DNA from: Actinomycetota bacterium
GTDB taxonomy: Bacteria > Actinomycetota > Acidimicrobiia > IMCC26256 > VFJJ01
Assembly (NCBI GenBank): GCA_009886115.1
Contig: VFJJ01000097.1
Coordinates: 1-35,862, forward strand
Length of the DNA stretch: 35,862 bases
Direction of reading: 5' to 3'
A program made the translations under genes and the position numbers. The notes below the pieces were generated by a model. It was given only the letters and a program-made list of their open reading frames with translations, had not been told where the DNA came from and made no database searches. Positions within the stretch are counted from its first letter, which is position 1. The number at the start of each line of letters is the position of its first letter. Of this stretch, positions 21,145 through 30,150 are shown one piece after another.

Positions 21145-22409
21145 TGCGGGTCCTGGTCATCGGCTCCGGCGGACGGGAGCATGCCCTCGCCTGGGGCCTC
21201 ACCCGGTCGAACGACGTCGAGGTCGTGTGCGCGCCGGGGAACCCGGGGACGGCCGACCTGGCCACGAACATCGCAGTCGACATCCGCGACCGAAGCGCCG
21301 TGGTCGATCTGGCACGGGGCATCGATGCCGATCTCGTGGTGGTCGGCCCCGAGGAGCCGTTGGTGCTCGGTGTCGCCGATGCCTTGCGCGACAAGGGAAT
21401 TCTGGCGTTCGGGCCCGGTGCCGACGGGGCGGCGCTCGAAGGCTCCAAGGCCTGGATGAAGGAGGTCCTCGAGGACGCCGGCGTGGCGACGGCTCGCCAC
21501 GGCACGTTCGACGCCACGTCGGAGGCGGGCGCCCTGGCCTTCCTCGGGACGCTCCCCGGTCTCTACGTGGTCAAGACTGACGGTCTCGCCGGCGGCAAGG
21601 GTGTCGTGGTCACCGAGTCGATCGCCGAAGCCCGCGACGCCGTGCGGGGGTACCTCAGCGGGGAGCGCTTCGGGGACGCCGGGCGCACCGTGGTGATCGA
21701 GGAAGGCCTGAGCGGGCCGGAGTTGTCGATCCTCGCCGTGTGCGACGGCCACGACGCCGTGGCCCTCGCTCCCGCACAGGACTTCAAGCGCATCGGCGAC
21801 GGCGACACCGGGCCCAACACCGGCGGCATGGGGGCGTACTCGCCCGTGCCTCTGGCGACTCCCGCCGTGGTGCACGATGTGATGCGCGACGGTGTCGAAC
21901 GCACGCTGGCCGTCCTCCGTCGGCGCGGGATCGACTACCGGGGGGTGCTGTACGCCGGGATGATGCTCACCGTCGACGGTCCGAAGATGCTGGAGTACAA
22001 CGTGCGCTTCGGCGATCCGGAGTGCCAGGTGATCGTGCCCCGGTTCGCGTCCGACCTGGCGACGCTCCTGACAGAAGCGGCGAGCGGAGCGCTGAAGACC
22101 GACGTGCGCTGGCGCGACGACGCTTGCGTGACGGTGGTCATCGCGGCCGACGGCTATCCCGCATCGCCCCGCACCGGCGACGAGATCATCGGGGTCGAGG
22201 CCGCAGCGGCCCGGCCCGAGACGATCGTGTTCCATGCCGGCACGAGCCGGAGCCTCGACGGACGCCTGATCAGCGCCGGCGGTCGCGTCCTCGACGTCAC
22301 CGCCACCGGACCGACGATCGCCGAGGCCCGGGCGCGGGCCTACGACGCCGTGTCGATGATCTCCTGTGCCGGCATGCAGTTCCGACGAGACGTGGCATCC
22401 GCGTGGTGA
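21144..22409 (+). CDS. purD: Phosphoribosylamine-glycine ligase
   Basis: MRVLVIGSGGREHAL, LEGSK, DGLAGGKGV, QDFKR, GPNTGGMGAYSP, EYNVRFGDPE. Confidence 0.98.
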   Translation: MRVLVIGSGGREHALAWGLTRSNDVEVVCAPGNPGTADLATNIAVDIRDRSAVVDLARGIDADLVVVGPEEPLVLGVADALRDKGILAFGPGADGAALEGSKAWMKEVLEDAGVATARHGTFDATSEAGALAFLGTLPGLYVVKTDGLAGGKGVVVTESIAEARDAVRGYLSGERFGDAGRTVVIEEGLSGPELSILAVCDGHDAVALAPAQDFKRIGDGDTGPNTGGMGAYSPVPLATPAVVHDVMRDGVERTLAVLRRRGIDYRGVLYAGMMLTVDGPKMLEYNVRFGDPECQVIVPRFASDLATLLTEAASGALKTDVRWRDDACVTVVIAADGYPASPRTGDEIIGVEAAAARPETIVFHAGTSRSLDGRLISAGGRVLDVTATGPTIAEARARAYDAVSMISCAGMQFRRDVASAW

Positions 22410-22509
22410 GCCGGGCGGTGTCCGTCCGACCGGGTCGTGATCGCGCCGCGACCCGATGGCGACCAATGCTGCCCGGCATCGTCACCCAGACCCGCCGGAG
22501 CGGCTCGGG

Positions 22510-22854
22510 TCACGCCCGGGGGATCACCGAGGCGACGAGCATCGTGACGGCCAAGCCGTTCATGAGCATCAGCAGCCTGACCCGTCCGGCCATGGCCTCG
22601 GCGCCCGCGACGACCGGATGCTTGTCGAGCCCGGCGGGCCTGTGCAGCGCCCGGGTGCGAACCCGCTCGGCCGTGATCGACTTCTGTCGTGCCTTCGACC
22701 GGGCGCCGGCGATCGCCAGCGCACAGCCGACGCACAGCGCCGGTCGCGACGGTCCCTGGGGGTACACGAGACAGCGGTGGCAGAAGCTCTCCGCACACTC
22801 TCGGCACGCGCCGGCCGCTTCTTCATCCATGTGCTTGCTGCATCGATCCATCAC
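22510..22854 (-). CDS. Small B-box-like zinc-finger protein with hydrophobic C-terminus
   Basis: C-x2-H-x8-C-x2-C-x4-C-x2-C-x12-C-x2-C; GGAGG before GTG ATG. Confidence 0.7.
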   Translation of the reverse strand: MMDRCSKHMDEEAAGACRECAESFCHRCLVYPQGPSRPALCVGCALAIAGARSKARQKSITAERVRTRALHRPAGLDKHPVVAGAEAMAGRVRLLMLMNGLAVTMLVASVIPRA

Positions 22855-22914
22855 GGCACCTCCGTTGGTGCCCCAGCCCGCCTGCCATCACATCGACCGG
22901 AGAGGTGACGACTC

Positions 22915-24234
22915 TTGATCCCCCGCTACCGCTTGGCGCCCATGTCTGAGCTGTTTAGCGACGACTCGCGGTTTTCGACCTGGTTGGAGGTCGAGATCCT
23001 GGCCGTCGAGGCCTGGGCCGAGATCGGTGTCGTCCCCAAGGAGCACGCCGCAGCCATCCGGGCCCGGGCCGGCTTCGACGTCGCGACGATCGAGGAGCGC
23101 GAGCGAACCACCGAGCACGACGTGGCCGCGTTCGTGGACGTGGTGCAAGAGCGGGTCGGGATGCCCGCAGGGGGCTGGGTCCACTACGGGCTCACGTCGA
23201 CCGACGTCGTCGACACCGCTCTGTCGTTGACGCTGGCCCGAGCCGCCGATCTCCTGATCGCTGCCGCCGAGGGGCTCGACGTCGCCATCGCCGGGAGAGC
23301 CGAGGAGTTCCGGAGCACGCCCATGGTCGGGCGCACCCACGGCATCCACGCCGAACCCACCACCTTTGGCAACAAGCTGGCCCTGTGGGCGTTGCAGGTA
23401 CGGCGCGATGTGGTGCGGTTGCGTCGGGCTCGCGAGGCCGTCGCTGTGGGGAAGCTCTCGGGCGCGGTCGGGACCTACTCGCACGTCGACCCGTCGATCG
23501 AGCGGTTCGTGTGCGAGCGGCTCGGCCTCACGCCGGTGCCCGCGACCCAGGTGCTGGCCCGCGATCGTCACGCCGAGTTCCTGTACGCCTGCGCGTCGGC
23601 CGCCGCCACCGTCGAGTCGTTCGCGCTGGAGATCCGCCATCTGCAGCGCACCGAGGTGGGCGAGGTTGCCGAGCCCTTCCGCGACGGGGCTCAGAAGGGT
23701 TCCAGCGCCATGCCCCACAAGCGCAACCCGGTGAAGTGCGAGCAGATGTGCGGCCTGGCCCGGATCGTTCGATCGAACCTCCAGGCGGGGTTGGAGAACG
23801 TGGCTCTCTGGCACGAGCGTGACATCTCGCACTCGTCGGTCGAGAGGGTGATCCTGCCCGACTCGGCCATGCTCGCCTACTACCTGCTCGTGAAGTTCAA
23901 GGCCATCGTCGAAGGGATGCGGGTGTACCCCGAGCGCATGCTCGAGAACCTCGACCGCTCGTACGGCCTCGTGTTCTCGCAGGCCGTCCTGCTGGCGCTC
24001 GTCGAGCACGGGCTCTCGCGCGACCACGCCTACCGCTTGGTGCAGACGGCCGCCATGCTGACCTGGGAGCAGCGCAGGCCGTTCCTCGACGTGCTGCGCG
24101 AGTCGCCCGCCGTGGTCGACGCGCTCGGCGACGAGCGCCTCGCCGCCTGCTTCTCGCTGGAGGGGACCCTCGCCAACGTCGGGAACACGTTCGACGCGCT
24201 CGGCCGCCGCTCCCCGGGGGCAACGAGCGCATGA
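22915..24234 (+). CDS. purB: Adenylosuccinate lyase
   Basis: TTG start MIPRY, HYGLTS, GRTHGIHAEPTTFG, GSSAMPHKRNP, WHERDISHSSVER. Confidence 0.98.
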   Translation: MIPRYRLAPMSELFSDDSRFSTWLEVEILAVEAWAEIGVVPKEHAAAIRARAGFDVATIEERERTTEHDVAAFVDVVQERVGMPAGGWVHYGLTSTDVVDTALSLTLARAADLLIAAAEGLDVAIAGRAEEFRSTPMVGRTHGIHAEPTTFGNKLALWALQVRRDVVRLRRAREAVAVGKLSGAVGTYSHVDPSIERFVCERLGLTPVPATQVLARDRHAEFLYACASAAATVESFALEIRHLQRTEVGEVAEPFRDGAQKGSSAMPHKRNPVKCEQMCGLARIVRSNLQAGLENVALWHERDISHSSVERVILPDSAMLAYYLLVKFKAIVEGMRVYPERMLENLDRSYGLVFSQAVLLALVEHGLSRDHAYRLVQTAAMLTWEQRRPFLDVLRESPAVVDALGDERLAACFSLEGTLANVGNTFDALGRRSPGATSA

Positions 24235-25124
24235 CCGCCGTTCCCTTGCGCCACCTGCGTTCGGGCAAGGTACGCGACCTCTACGACGCCGGACCCGACC
24301 ACCTCCTGCTCGTGGCCTCCGACCGGCTCTCGGCCTACGACGTGATCATGGACGATCCGGTCCCCGACAAGGGCCGCGTCCTCACGGCGCTGTCGAGCTT
24401 CTGGTTCGAGCAGACCGCATCCGTGTTCCCGAACCACCACGTGTCGTCGGATCCGGCCGACTTCCCCGAGGGCGCCGCGGCCGGCGTCGGCTCCGACATC
24501 GTCGGACGGGCCATGCTCGTTCGGCGCGCGACGGTCGTCCCGCTGGAGTGCGTCGTGCGGGGCTACCTGTTCGGCTCGGCATGGAACGACTACCGGGTGA
24601 CCGGCCGGGTGCAGGGCTCGATCCTTCCCGCTGGCCTGCGCCAGGCCGACCGCCTGCCCGAGCCGCTGTTCACCCCGACCACCAAGGCCGACGCCGGTCA
24701 CGACGAGCCCCTCACACGCGACCAGGCCGTCGCGCTGGTGGGTACCGAGCGTTTCGAGTCCCTCGAAGCTGCGGCCCTTGCGCTGTATGGGTTCGGGGCT
24801 GCCCATGCGGCCGAGCGGGGCATCATCATCGCCGACACCAAGTTCGAGCTGGGCGAGATCGACGGGGAGCTCGCGGTCGTCGACGAGATGCTGACGCCCG
24901 ACTCGTCCCGGTTCTGGCCCGCCGACGCCTGGCGCCCGGCGACGGCCCCTCCGTCGTACGACAAGCAGTTCGTGCGCGACTGGCTCGACTCGACCGGATG
25001 GGACCGCACGCCGCCCCCGCCGCGACTCCCCGCCGAGGTGCTCGACGGCACCCGGCGCCGGTACGTCGAGGCCTACGAACAACTCACCGGACGGTCCTTC
25101 GAGCACTGGTATCACCCCCGGTAG
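24231..25124 (+). CDS. purC: SAICAR synthetase
   Basis: SGKVRDLY, SDRLSAYD, ECVVRGYL, IADTKFELG, TPDSSRFW, YDKQFVRDWL. Confidence 0.98.
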   Translation: MTAVPLRHLRSGKVRDLYDAGPDHLLLVASDRLSAYDVIMDDPVPDKGRVLTALSSFWFEQTASVFPNHHVSSDPADFPEGAAAGVGSDIVGRAMLVRRATVVPLECVVRGYLFGSAWNDYRVTGRVQGSILPAGLRQADRLPEPLFTPTTKADAGHDEPLTRDQAVALVGTERFESLEAAALALYGFGAAHAAERGIIIADTKFELGEIDGELAVVDEMLTPDSSRFWPADAWRPATAPPSYDKQFVRDWLDSTGWDRTPPPPRLPAEVLDGTRRRYVEAYEQLTGRSFEHWYHPR

Positions 25125-25192
25125 TGCCCCACCATGGCCACGCTCCGCCAACCGAGCGCCAACTCACAACGAGGCGGGGCCGTCGAAGGAGT

Positions 25193-25217
25193 GTTTCGAC
25201 GCCGCCCCGTTGGGTAG
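25193..25217 (+). promoter_or_regulatory. SigB/SigF-type general-stress promoter GTTT-N15-GGGTAG
   Basis: GTTT 25193-25196, GGGTAG 25212-25217, 31 nt upstream of a small ORF with a strong RBS. Confidence 0.55.
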
Positions 25218-25248
25218 TGAGCCATCCCGCGCTCCCGGAGGTGCCGTC

Positions 25249-25374
25249 GTGCAGCCAGAGATCGAGACGGACCAGGAGGCGCTCGACAAGCCCACGCTGC
25301 GCCAGCGGCTCCACTCGGCTGCGGGTGATCGCCACGTCGAGGCCATCAAGCAAGAGCACGAGGGATCGTCCTGA
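25249..25374 (+). CDS. 41-aa hydrophilic small protein (MQPEIETDQEALDKPTLRQRLHSAAGDRHVEAIKQEHEGSS), absent from the ORF track
   Basis: GGAGGTG at 25237-25243, GTG 25249, TGA 25372-25374; mostly G/C third positions; upstream promoter motif. Confidence 0.55.
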   Translation: MQPEIETDQEALDKPTLRQRLHSAAGDRHVEAIKQEHEGSS

Positions 25375-25434
25375 GCATCCAAGGGGCACCGGCCTTCAGC
25401 TGCGCCCACGCTCAGATTCCGTGCGCTCCACGTG

Positions 25435-25488
25435 TGCGACCTGCCTGACCCCCTTGCGACCTGCCTGACCCCCTTGCGACCTGCCTGA
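25435..25488. repeat. 20-bp tandem repeat TGCGACCTGCCTGACCCCCT x2.7 upstream of purS
   Basis: Identical units at 25435 and 25455, partial at 25475. Confidence 0.92.
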
Positions 25489-25527
25489 TCGGGGCGAGCC
25501 GTCGGGCGGCCACCTAGGCTCGTTCCC

Positions 25528-25800
25528 ATGCGCTTCCATGCTCAGGTCGACGTGACCCATCGACCGGGAATCGCCGATCCGCAAGGCGCCACCGTCGAGC
25601 GAGCGCTGCCCGCACTGGGCTGGACCAACGTGTCAAAGGTCGCTGTGGCCAAGAGCATCCGGCTGGTGATCGACGCTGCGGACGAGGTCGAGGCCCGGTC
25701 CCAGATCGACGACATGTGCCGGCGCTTCCTCACCAACCCGGTGCTCGAGAGCTTCACGGTCACCATCAGCGAGCTGACCCCGTCGGGAGCCGATGCATGA
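25528..25800 (+). CDS. purS: FGAM synthase subunit PurS
   Basis: [36 protein letters not shown] 7 nt before ATG. Confidence 0.96.
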   Translation: MRFHAQVDVTHRPGIADPQGATVERALPALGWTNVSKVAVAKSIRLVIDAADEVEARSQIDDMCRRFLTNPVLESFTVTISELTPSGADA

Positions 25801-26504
25801 CGGCTCGGGTCGGCGTGGTCGTCTTCCCCGGGACCAACTGCGAGCACGACGCCGCCTACGCCGTCCGGCTCCTCGGAGGCGACGCAGACCTGGTCTGGCA
25901 CCGGTCGACCGACCTCACAGGATTCGACGCCGTGATCCTGCCCGGAGGCTTCGCCCACGGCGACTACCTGCGCACGGGGGCCATCGCCCGCTTCTCTCCG
26001 GTGATGGACGCCGTGGGTCGCTTCGCGCACGCGGGCGGGCCCGTGGTCGGGATCTGCAACGGGTTCCAGATCCTCTGCGAAGCCGGGCTCCTGCCCGGTG
26101 CGCTGCAGAAGAACGCCGGGCTCAAGTTCCTCTGCCAGACCGTGGCCCTGCGGGTCGAGACCACGTCGACCGTCCTCACCCGGGGTGCGACCGTCGGGCA
26201 GGTGCTGCAGATCCCCATCAACCACTTCGAGGGCTCGTACGTGTGTGACGCCCGGACTCTGTCGGCGCTGCGCGACGACGATCGAGTCGTGGTGCGCTAC
26301 GTCGACAACCCCAACGGAAGCATCGACTCGATCGCCGGGATCTGCAACGACGCTCGCAACGTCGTGGGCCTGATGCCTCACCCCGAGCGGGCCGTCGAGG
26401 ACGTGCTCGGCTCGAGCGACGGTGCCGTGCTCCTGGGCTCGTTGCTCGTCGCAGCCGCATCGTCGGCGCCCGTGTCGGTCGTCTCGTCGCCGGTGCGGCC
26501 GTGA
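25797..26504 (+). CDS. purQ: FGAM synthase glutaminase subunit PurQ
   Basis: [41 protein letters not shown]. Confidence 0.98.
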   Translation: MTARVGVVVFPGTNCEHDAAYAVRLLGGDADLVWHRSTDLTGFDAVILPGGFAHGDYLRTGAIARFSPVMDAVGRFAHAGGPVVGICNGFQILCEAGLLPGALQKNAGLKFLCQTVALRVETTSTVLTRGATVGQVLQIPINHFEGSYVCDARTLSALRDDDRVVVRYVDNPNGSIDSIAGICNDARNVVGLMPHPERAVEDVLGSSDGAVLLGSLLVAAASSAPVSVVSSPVRP

Positions 26505-27058
26505 CCGCTCCGTCTGGTAGGGAGCGGCTGCTCGAGGCGCTGAAGGTGCATGCGCTCCGAGTCGGCGAGTTCACCCTGGCTTCGGGACGCACGTCGAGCT
26601 GGTATCTCGATGCCCGGCAGGTCACGTTCCGGGGCGACTGCGTGGAGCTCGTGGGACGGTGTGTGCTCGACGCGGTGCGCGGCGTCATCGAAGAGCCCGA
26701 GTTCGATGCCATCGGAGGGCTCACCGTCGGTGCTGATCCGGTGTCGCTGGCCGTGGCCCTGACCGCGTGTAGCAACGCGTTCACCGTCCGTAAGGAGCCC
26801 AAGGGTCATGGGATCGGTGGCCGCTTCGCCGGCGTGATCGAACCCGGGCAACGGGTGCTCGTGGTCGACGACTCGATCACGAGCGGGAGCTCGACGCTGC
26901 AGGCTATTGCCGCGCTCCAAGAGTTCGAGTGCACGGTGATGGGCGTCTCGTGCATCGTCGATCGAGGCGGCGTCATCGGCCCCCTATTGGCCGACATGGG
27001 AATCCCGTTCGCTCCGGTCTTCGGCGCGAACGATCTCGGCTTCGCGTTCGGGAGTTGA
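26501..27058 (+). CDS. pyrE: Orotate phosphoribosyltransferase
   Basis: [40 protein letters not shown] loop [13 protein letters not shown]. Confidence 0.92.
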   Translation: MTAPSGRERLLEALKVHALRVGEFTLASGRTSSWYLDARQVTFRGDCVELVGRCVLDAVRGVIEEPEFDAIGGLTVGADPVSLAVALTACSNAFTVRKEPKGHGIGGRFAGVIEPGQRVLVVDDSITSGSSTLQAIAALQEFECTVMGVSCIVDRGGVIGPLLADMGIPFAPVFGANDLGFAFGS

Positions 27059-27060
27059 CG

Positions 27061-27096
27061 CGCTGAAGCCCCCGCGGCGGCGCGGGGGCTTCAGCG
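27061..27096. terminator. Probable bidirectional terminator hairpin between pyrE and the convergent gene
   Basis: CGCTGAAGCCCCCGCG-gcgg-CGCGGGGGCTTCAGCG, perfect 16-bp stem. Confidence 0.8.
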
Positions 27097-27131
27097 TTGG
27101 AACCTGGAGCAGGCGCTCTGAGCGGGCGCTG

Positions 27132-27554
27132 TCAGCGACCGGAGCGGCTCACGCCAGCCTTGCGCAGGACATCGGCCGAGACGCCGAGCTCGCGCCATGC
27201 CGCGTAGCTGATTCCCTTGCGGCTGCCATAGGACTTGGCCTGGGCGACGAACTCCGCTTCGAGCTTCGACAGGTCGATCTTGGCGCTCATTCTCTCGAGC
27301 TCCTCACCGAGATCCATCCGCTCCTGGATGAGTTGGAGGCGATCCACCGAGGTGGCACCTTCGAGCTCGGTCTCGATGACGAGCAGCCTCTTGCCGATGG
27401 ACTCAGTGGTCCGCTTGCGGCCACGCTTGGGTCTGTGCTGCTCAAGGGCGTCGAGATACGCCCGAACCGCCGCGCCTTGGCGACGCCCTTCGGCGAGCGC
27501 CGCCTTGTGGTCGTCGGTCATCGTCATCTTCTGCTTCTTGGTCTTCGGAGGCAT
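27132..27554 (-). CDS. 140-aa basic helical hypothetical protein, candidate DNA-binding/nucleoid-associated protein
   Basis: AGGAG before ATG 27554, coding-like codon usage, RPKRGRKR motif, coiled-coil-like middle, C-terminal ISYAAWRELGVSADVLRKAG. Confidence 0.8.
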   Translation of the reverse strand: MPPKTKKQKMTMTDDHKAALAEGRRQGAAVRAYLDALEQHRPKRGRKRTTESIGKRLLVIETELEGATSVDRLQLIQERMDLGEELERMSAKIDLSKLEAEFVAQAKSYGSRKGISYAAWRELGVSADVLRKAGVSRSGR

Positions 27555-27565
27555 CGGTTCTCCTG

Positions 27566-27590
27566 ATCGGCGCTGGCCAAGAGTTCTTGA
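27566..27590 (-). promoter_or_regulatory. Sigma28/WhiG-like promoter TCAA-N15-GCCGAT
   Basis: TCAA 27590-27587, GCCGAT 27571-27566. Confidence 0.45.
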
Positions 27591-27716
27591 CCCAATTGAC
27601 GGTACCACCATATACGAGAAGTTCGGCGATCATGGTGATCGTGACGCGAAACAGGTACCGCGAGTCCGAGGCTCCACACCGGGGAGCGAACGGTGCATGT
27701 CGGTAGCCTGCGACCC

Positions 27717-30134
27717 GTGGTCTCCAACCCCGGCTCACTCGTGCCGTTGCACCGCCAACTCGGTCTCACCGACGACGAGCTCGAAGCCGTCGTCGTGCTG
27801 CTCGGGCGCGAACCGAGCCACCTCGAGCTGGCGATGTTCGCCGTCATGTGGTCGGAGCACTGCTCCTACAAGTCGTCGTCGATCCATCTGAAGCGGTTCC
27901 CGACCGAGGCGCCGTGGGTGCTCGTCGGTCCCGGCGAAGGCGCGGGCGTGGTCGACGTCGGCGACGGCCTGGCCGTTGCGGTCCGCATCGAGAGCCACAA
28001 CCACCCGTCGGCCATCGAGCCCTATCAGGGTGCGGCCACCGGTGTCGGCGGCATCATCCGTGACATCTTCTCCATGGGGGCCCGTCCGATCGCGCTGCTC
28101 GACCCGTTGCGGTTCGGGCCGCTCGACGATCCCCGCAACCGCTTCCTTCTCGAGGGCGTGGTTTCGGGCATCTCCGGGTACGGCAACGCTGTGGGGGTCC
28201 CCACGGTCGGCGGTGAAGCGGTGTTCGATCCGTGCTATTCCGGCAACCCGATCGTCAACGTCATGTGCGTGGGCGTCATCGCGACCGACGATCTGGTGCT
28301 GGCCCGGGCCGACGGCATCGGCAACCTCGCCGTGCTGCTGGGCTCGGGAACCGGTCGTGACGGCATCGGTGGGGCGTCGGTCCTGGCCAGTGCGGGCTTC
28401 GACGACCAGACCGACGAGAAGCGGCCATCGGTGCAGGTCGGCGATCCGTTCGAGGAGAAGCGCCTGATCGAGGCCTGTCTCGACCTGGTGAGCGCCGGGC
28501 TGGTGGTCGGGGTTCAAGATCTCGGAGCCGCCGGGATCTCGTGCGCGGCTTCGGAGACCGCGGCCAAGGCCGGCAACGGGATGGACGTCGACATCGCCCG
28601 GGTCCATCGGCGCGAGCCCGGCATGAACGCCGTCGAGGTCATGACCTCCGAGAGCCAGGAGCGGATGCTGGCCATCGTTCGTCCCCGCGACCTGGCGGCG
28701 GTGCTGGCGCGATGCGCCCGCCACGAGGTCGTGGCGTCGGTGATCGGGCGGGTCACGAACACCGGTCGGTTCCGGGTCTACGACGGCCTGTTCGATGCCG
28801 AGACCAGCCCGGGGCAGCCGATCGCGGTCCCGCTGGCCGACGTACCTGCGGGCAGCCTGGGCGACGGGCCCTCCTACCAACGACCGCTCCGGGAGCCCGC
28901 TGGGCATCGGGCGCATCTCGAACAGGATCCTCGCCCCACGCTGGAGGAGCGCTTTCCCGTCCCCACCGAGCTCACGCTCGAGCTCCTGGGGCTGCTCGCA
29001 TCACCGACGATCGCCGACAAGTCCTGGATCTGGTCGCAGTACGACCATCAACTCTTCCTCAACACCGTCGTGGGGCCGGGCGGCGACGCCACGGTGTTGC
29101 GGCTGAAGGACCACGGCGTGGGGCCCGTCAAAGCTCTGGCCATCTCGACCGATGGCTCGGGCCGCTTCTGCCGGCTCGATCCTCGTACCGGCGGGCGGCT
29201 GTCGGTGATGGAAGCGGCCCGCAATGTCGCGTGTGCCGGGGCTCGACCGCTGGCGCTGGTGAACTGCATGAACTTCGGCAACCCCGAGCATCCCGAGGTC
29301 ATGTGGCAGTTCTCCGAGTCGGTCGACGGGATGAGCGAGGCCTGCCGGGCCTTGGGGCTGCCGGTGATCGGCGGCAACGTCAGCTTCTACAACGAGTCGC
29401 ACGGCGCCGACATCGACCCCACGCCGGTCGTGGGGGTGCTCGGCCTCATCGAGACGTTCGACGGGCGGCCGCCCGGTACGGCCGTGGAACCCGGGCAACG
29501 GGTGTTCCTGCTCGGCACCACGGCCGGTGAGCTCGGCGGATCGGAGTGGGCGGCCGTGATGCACGGTCTCACGGGTGGACGGCCGCCACACGCCGACCTC
29601 GAGGCCGCGGCGGCGCTCCACACCCTCGTGTCGGCGCTGGTGGCCGAACGGGTCGTCGACGCTGTGCACGATTGCTCAGACGGGGGCCTCGCGGTGGCGC
29701 TCGCCGAGATGAGCATCGCCGGCGGCGTCGGGATGAGCGTCGAGCTGGGCGCATCCGCCGATCTGGCGTGCCTCGTCCCGGCAACGGCGCTGTTCTCGGA
29801 GTCGGCCTCCCGGGTGCTCGTCGCCATCGGCGACACCGGTGTCACCGACGATACCGGCGACGGTGCCGATGGCGACGGCAGCCATACGCGCGCCGGGAAC
29901 GACAACGGCGCACGCCGCGAAGGAGCGGTCGAGGAGCTGCGGCGGCGAGCGGGGGCGGCCGGCGTGCCGATCGCCGAGGTGGCTCGGGCCGGAGGCGATC
30001 GGTTCACCGTGCGCACTGGCGCCACGGCACACGACCACGTGGGCTCGGTCGTGGTCGATGTGAGCGTCGCCGAGATCACCGCAGTCCACAGGGAATCGAT
30101 CCCCCACCTGATGGCTGCATCCGTGGTGCGCTGA
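27717..30134 (+). CDS. purL: FGAM synthase subunit PurL (small type)
   Basis: [62 protein letters not shown]; start placed at GTG 7 nt after TAGCCT. Confidence 0.97.
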   Translation: MVSNPGSLVPLHRQLGLTDDELEAVVVLLGREPSHLELAMFAVMWSEHCSYKSSSIHLKRFPTEAPWVLVGPGEGAGVVDVGDGLAVAVRIESHNHPSAIEPYQGAATGVGGIIRDIFSMGARPIALLDPLRFGPLDDPRNRFLLEGVVSGISGYGNAVGVPTVGGEAVFDPCYSGNPIVNVMCVGVIATDDLVLARADGIGNLAVLLGSGTGRDGIGGASVLASAGFDDQTDEKRPSVQVGDPFEEKRLIEACLDLVSAGLVVGVQDLGAAGISCAASETAAKAGNGMDVDIARVHRREPGMNAVEVMTSESQERMLAIVRPRDLAAVLARCARHEVVASVIGRVTNTGRFRVYDGLFDAETSPGQPIAVPLADVPAGSLGDGPSYQRPLREPAGHRAHLEQDPRPTLEERFPVPTELTLELLGLLASPTIADKSWIWSQYDHQLFLNTVVGPGGDATVLRLKDHGVGPVKALAISTDGSGRFCRLDPRTGGRLSVMEAARNVACAGARPLALVNCMNFGNPEHPEVMWQFSESVDGMSEACRALGLPVIGGNVSFYNESHGADIDPTPVVGVLGLIETFDGRPPGTAVEPGQRVFLLGTTAGELGGSEWAAVMHGLTGGRPPHADLEAAAALHTLVSALVAERVVDAVHDCSDGGLAVALAEMSIAGGVGMSVELGASADLACLVPATALFSESASRVLVAIGDTGVTDDTGDGADGDGSHTRAGNDNGARREGAVEELRRRAGAAGVPIAEVARAGGDRFTVRTGATAHDHVGSVVVDVSVAEITAVHRESIPHLMAASVVR

Positions 30135-30150
30135 TGGGAGACTCGCAGCT

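Noticed and set aside
25435..25488. Possible CRISPR array (also considered for 35728-35862 and 313-334)
   Set aside because: Units are head-to-tail with no unique spacers, and no cas genes are present
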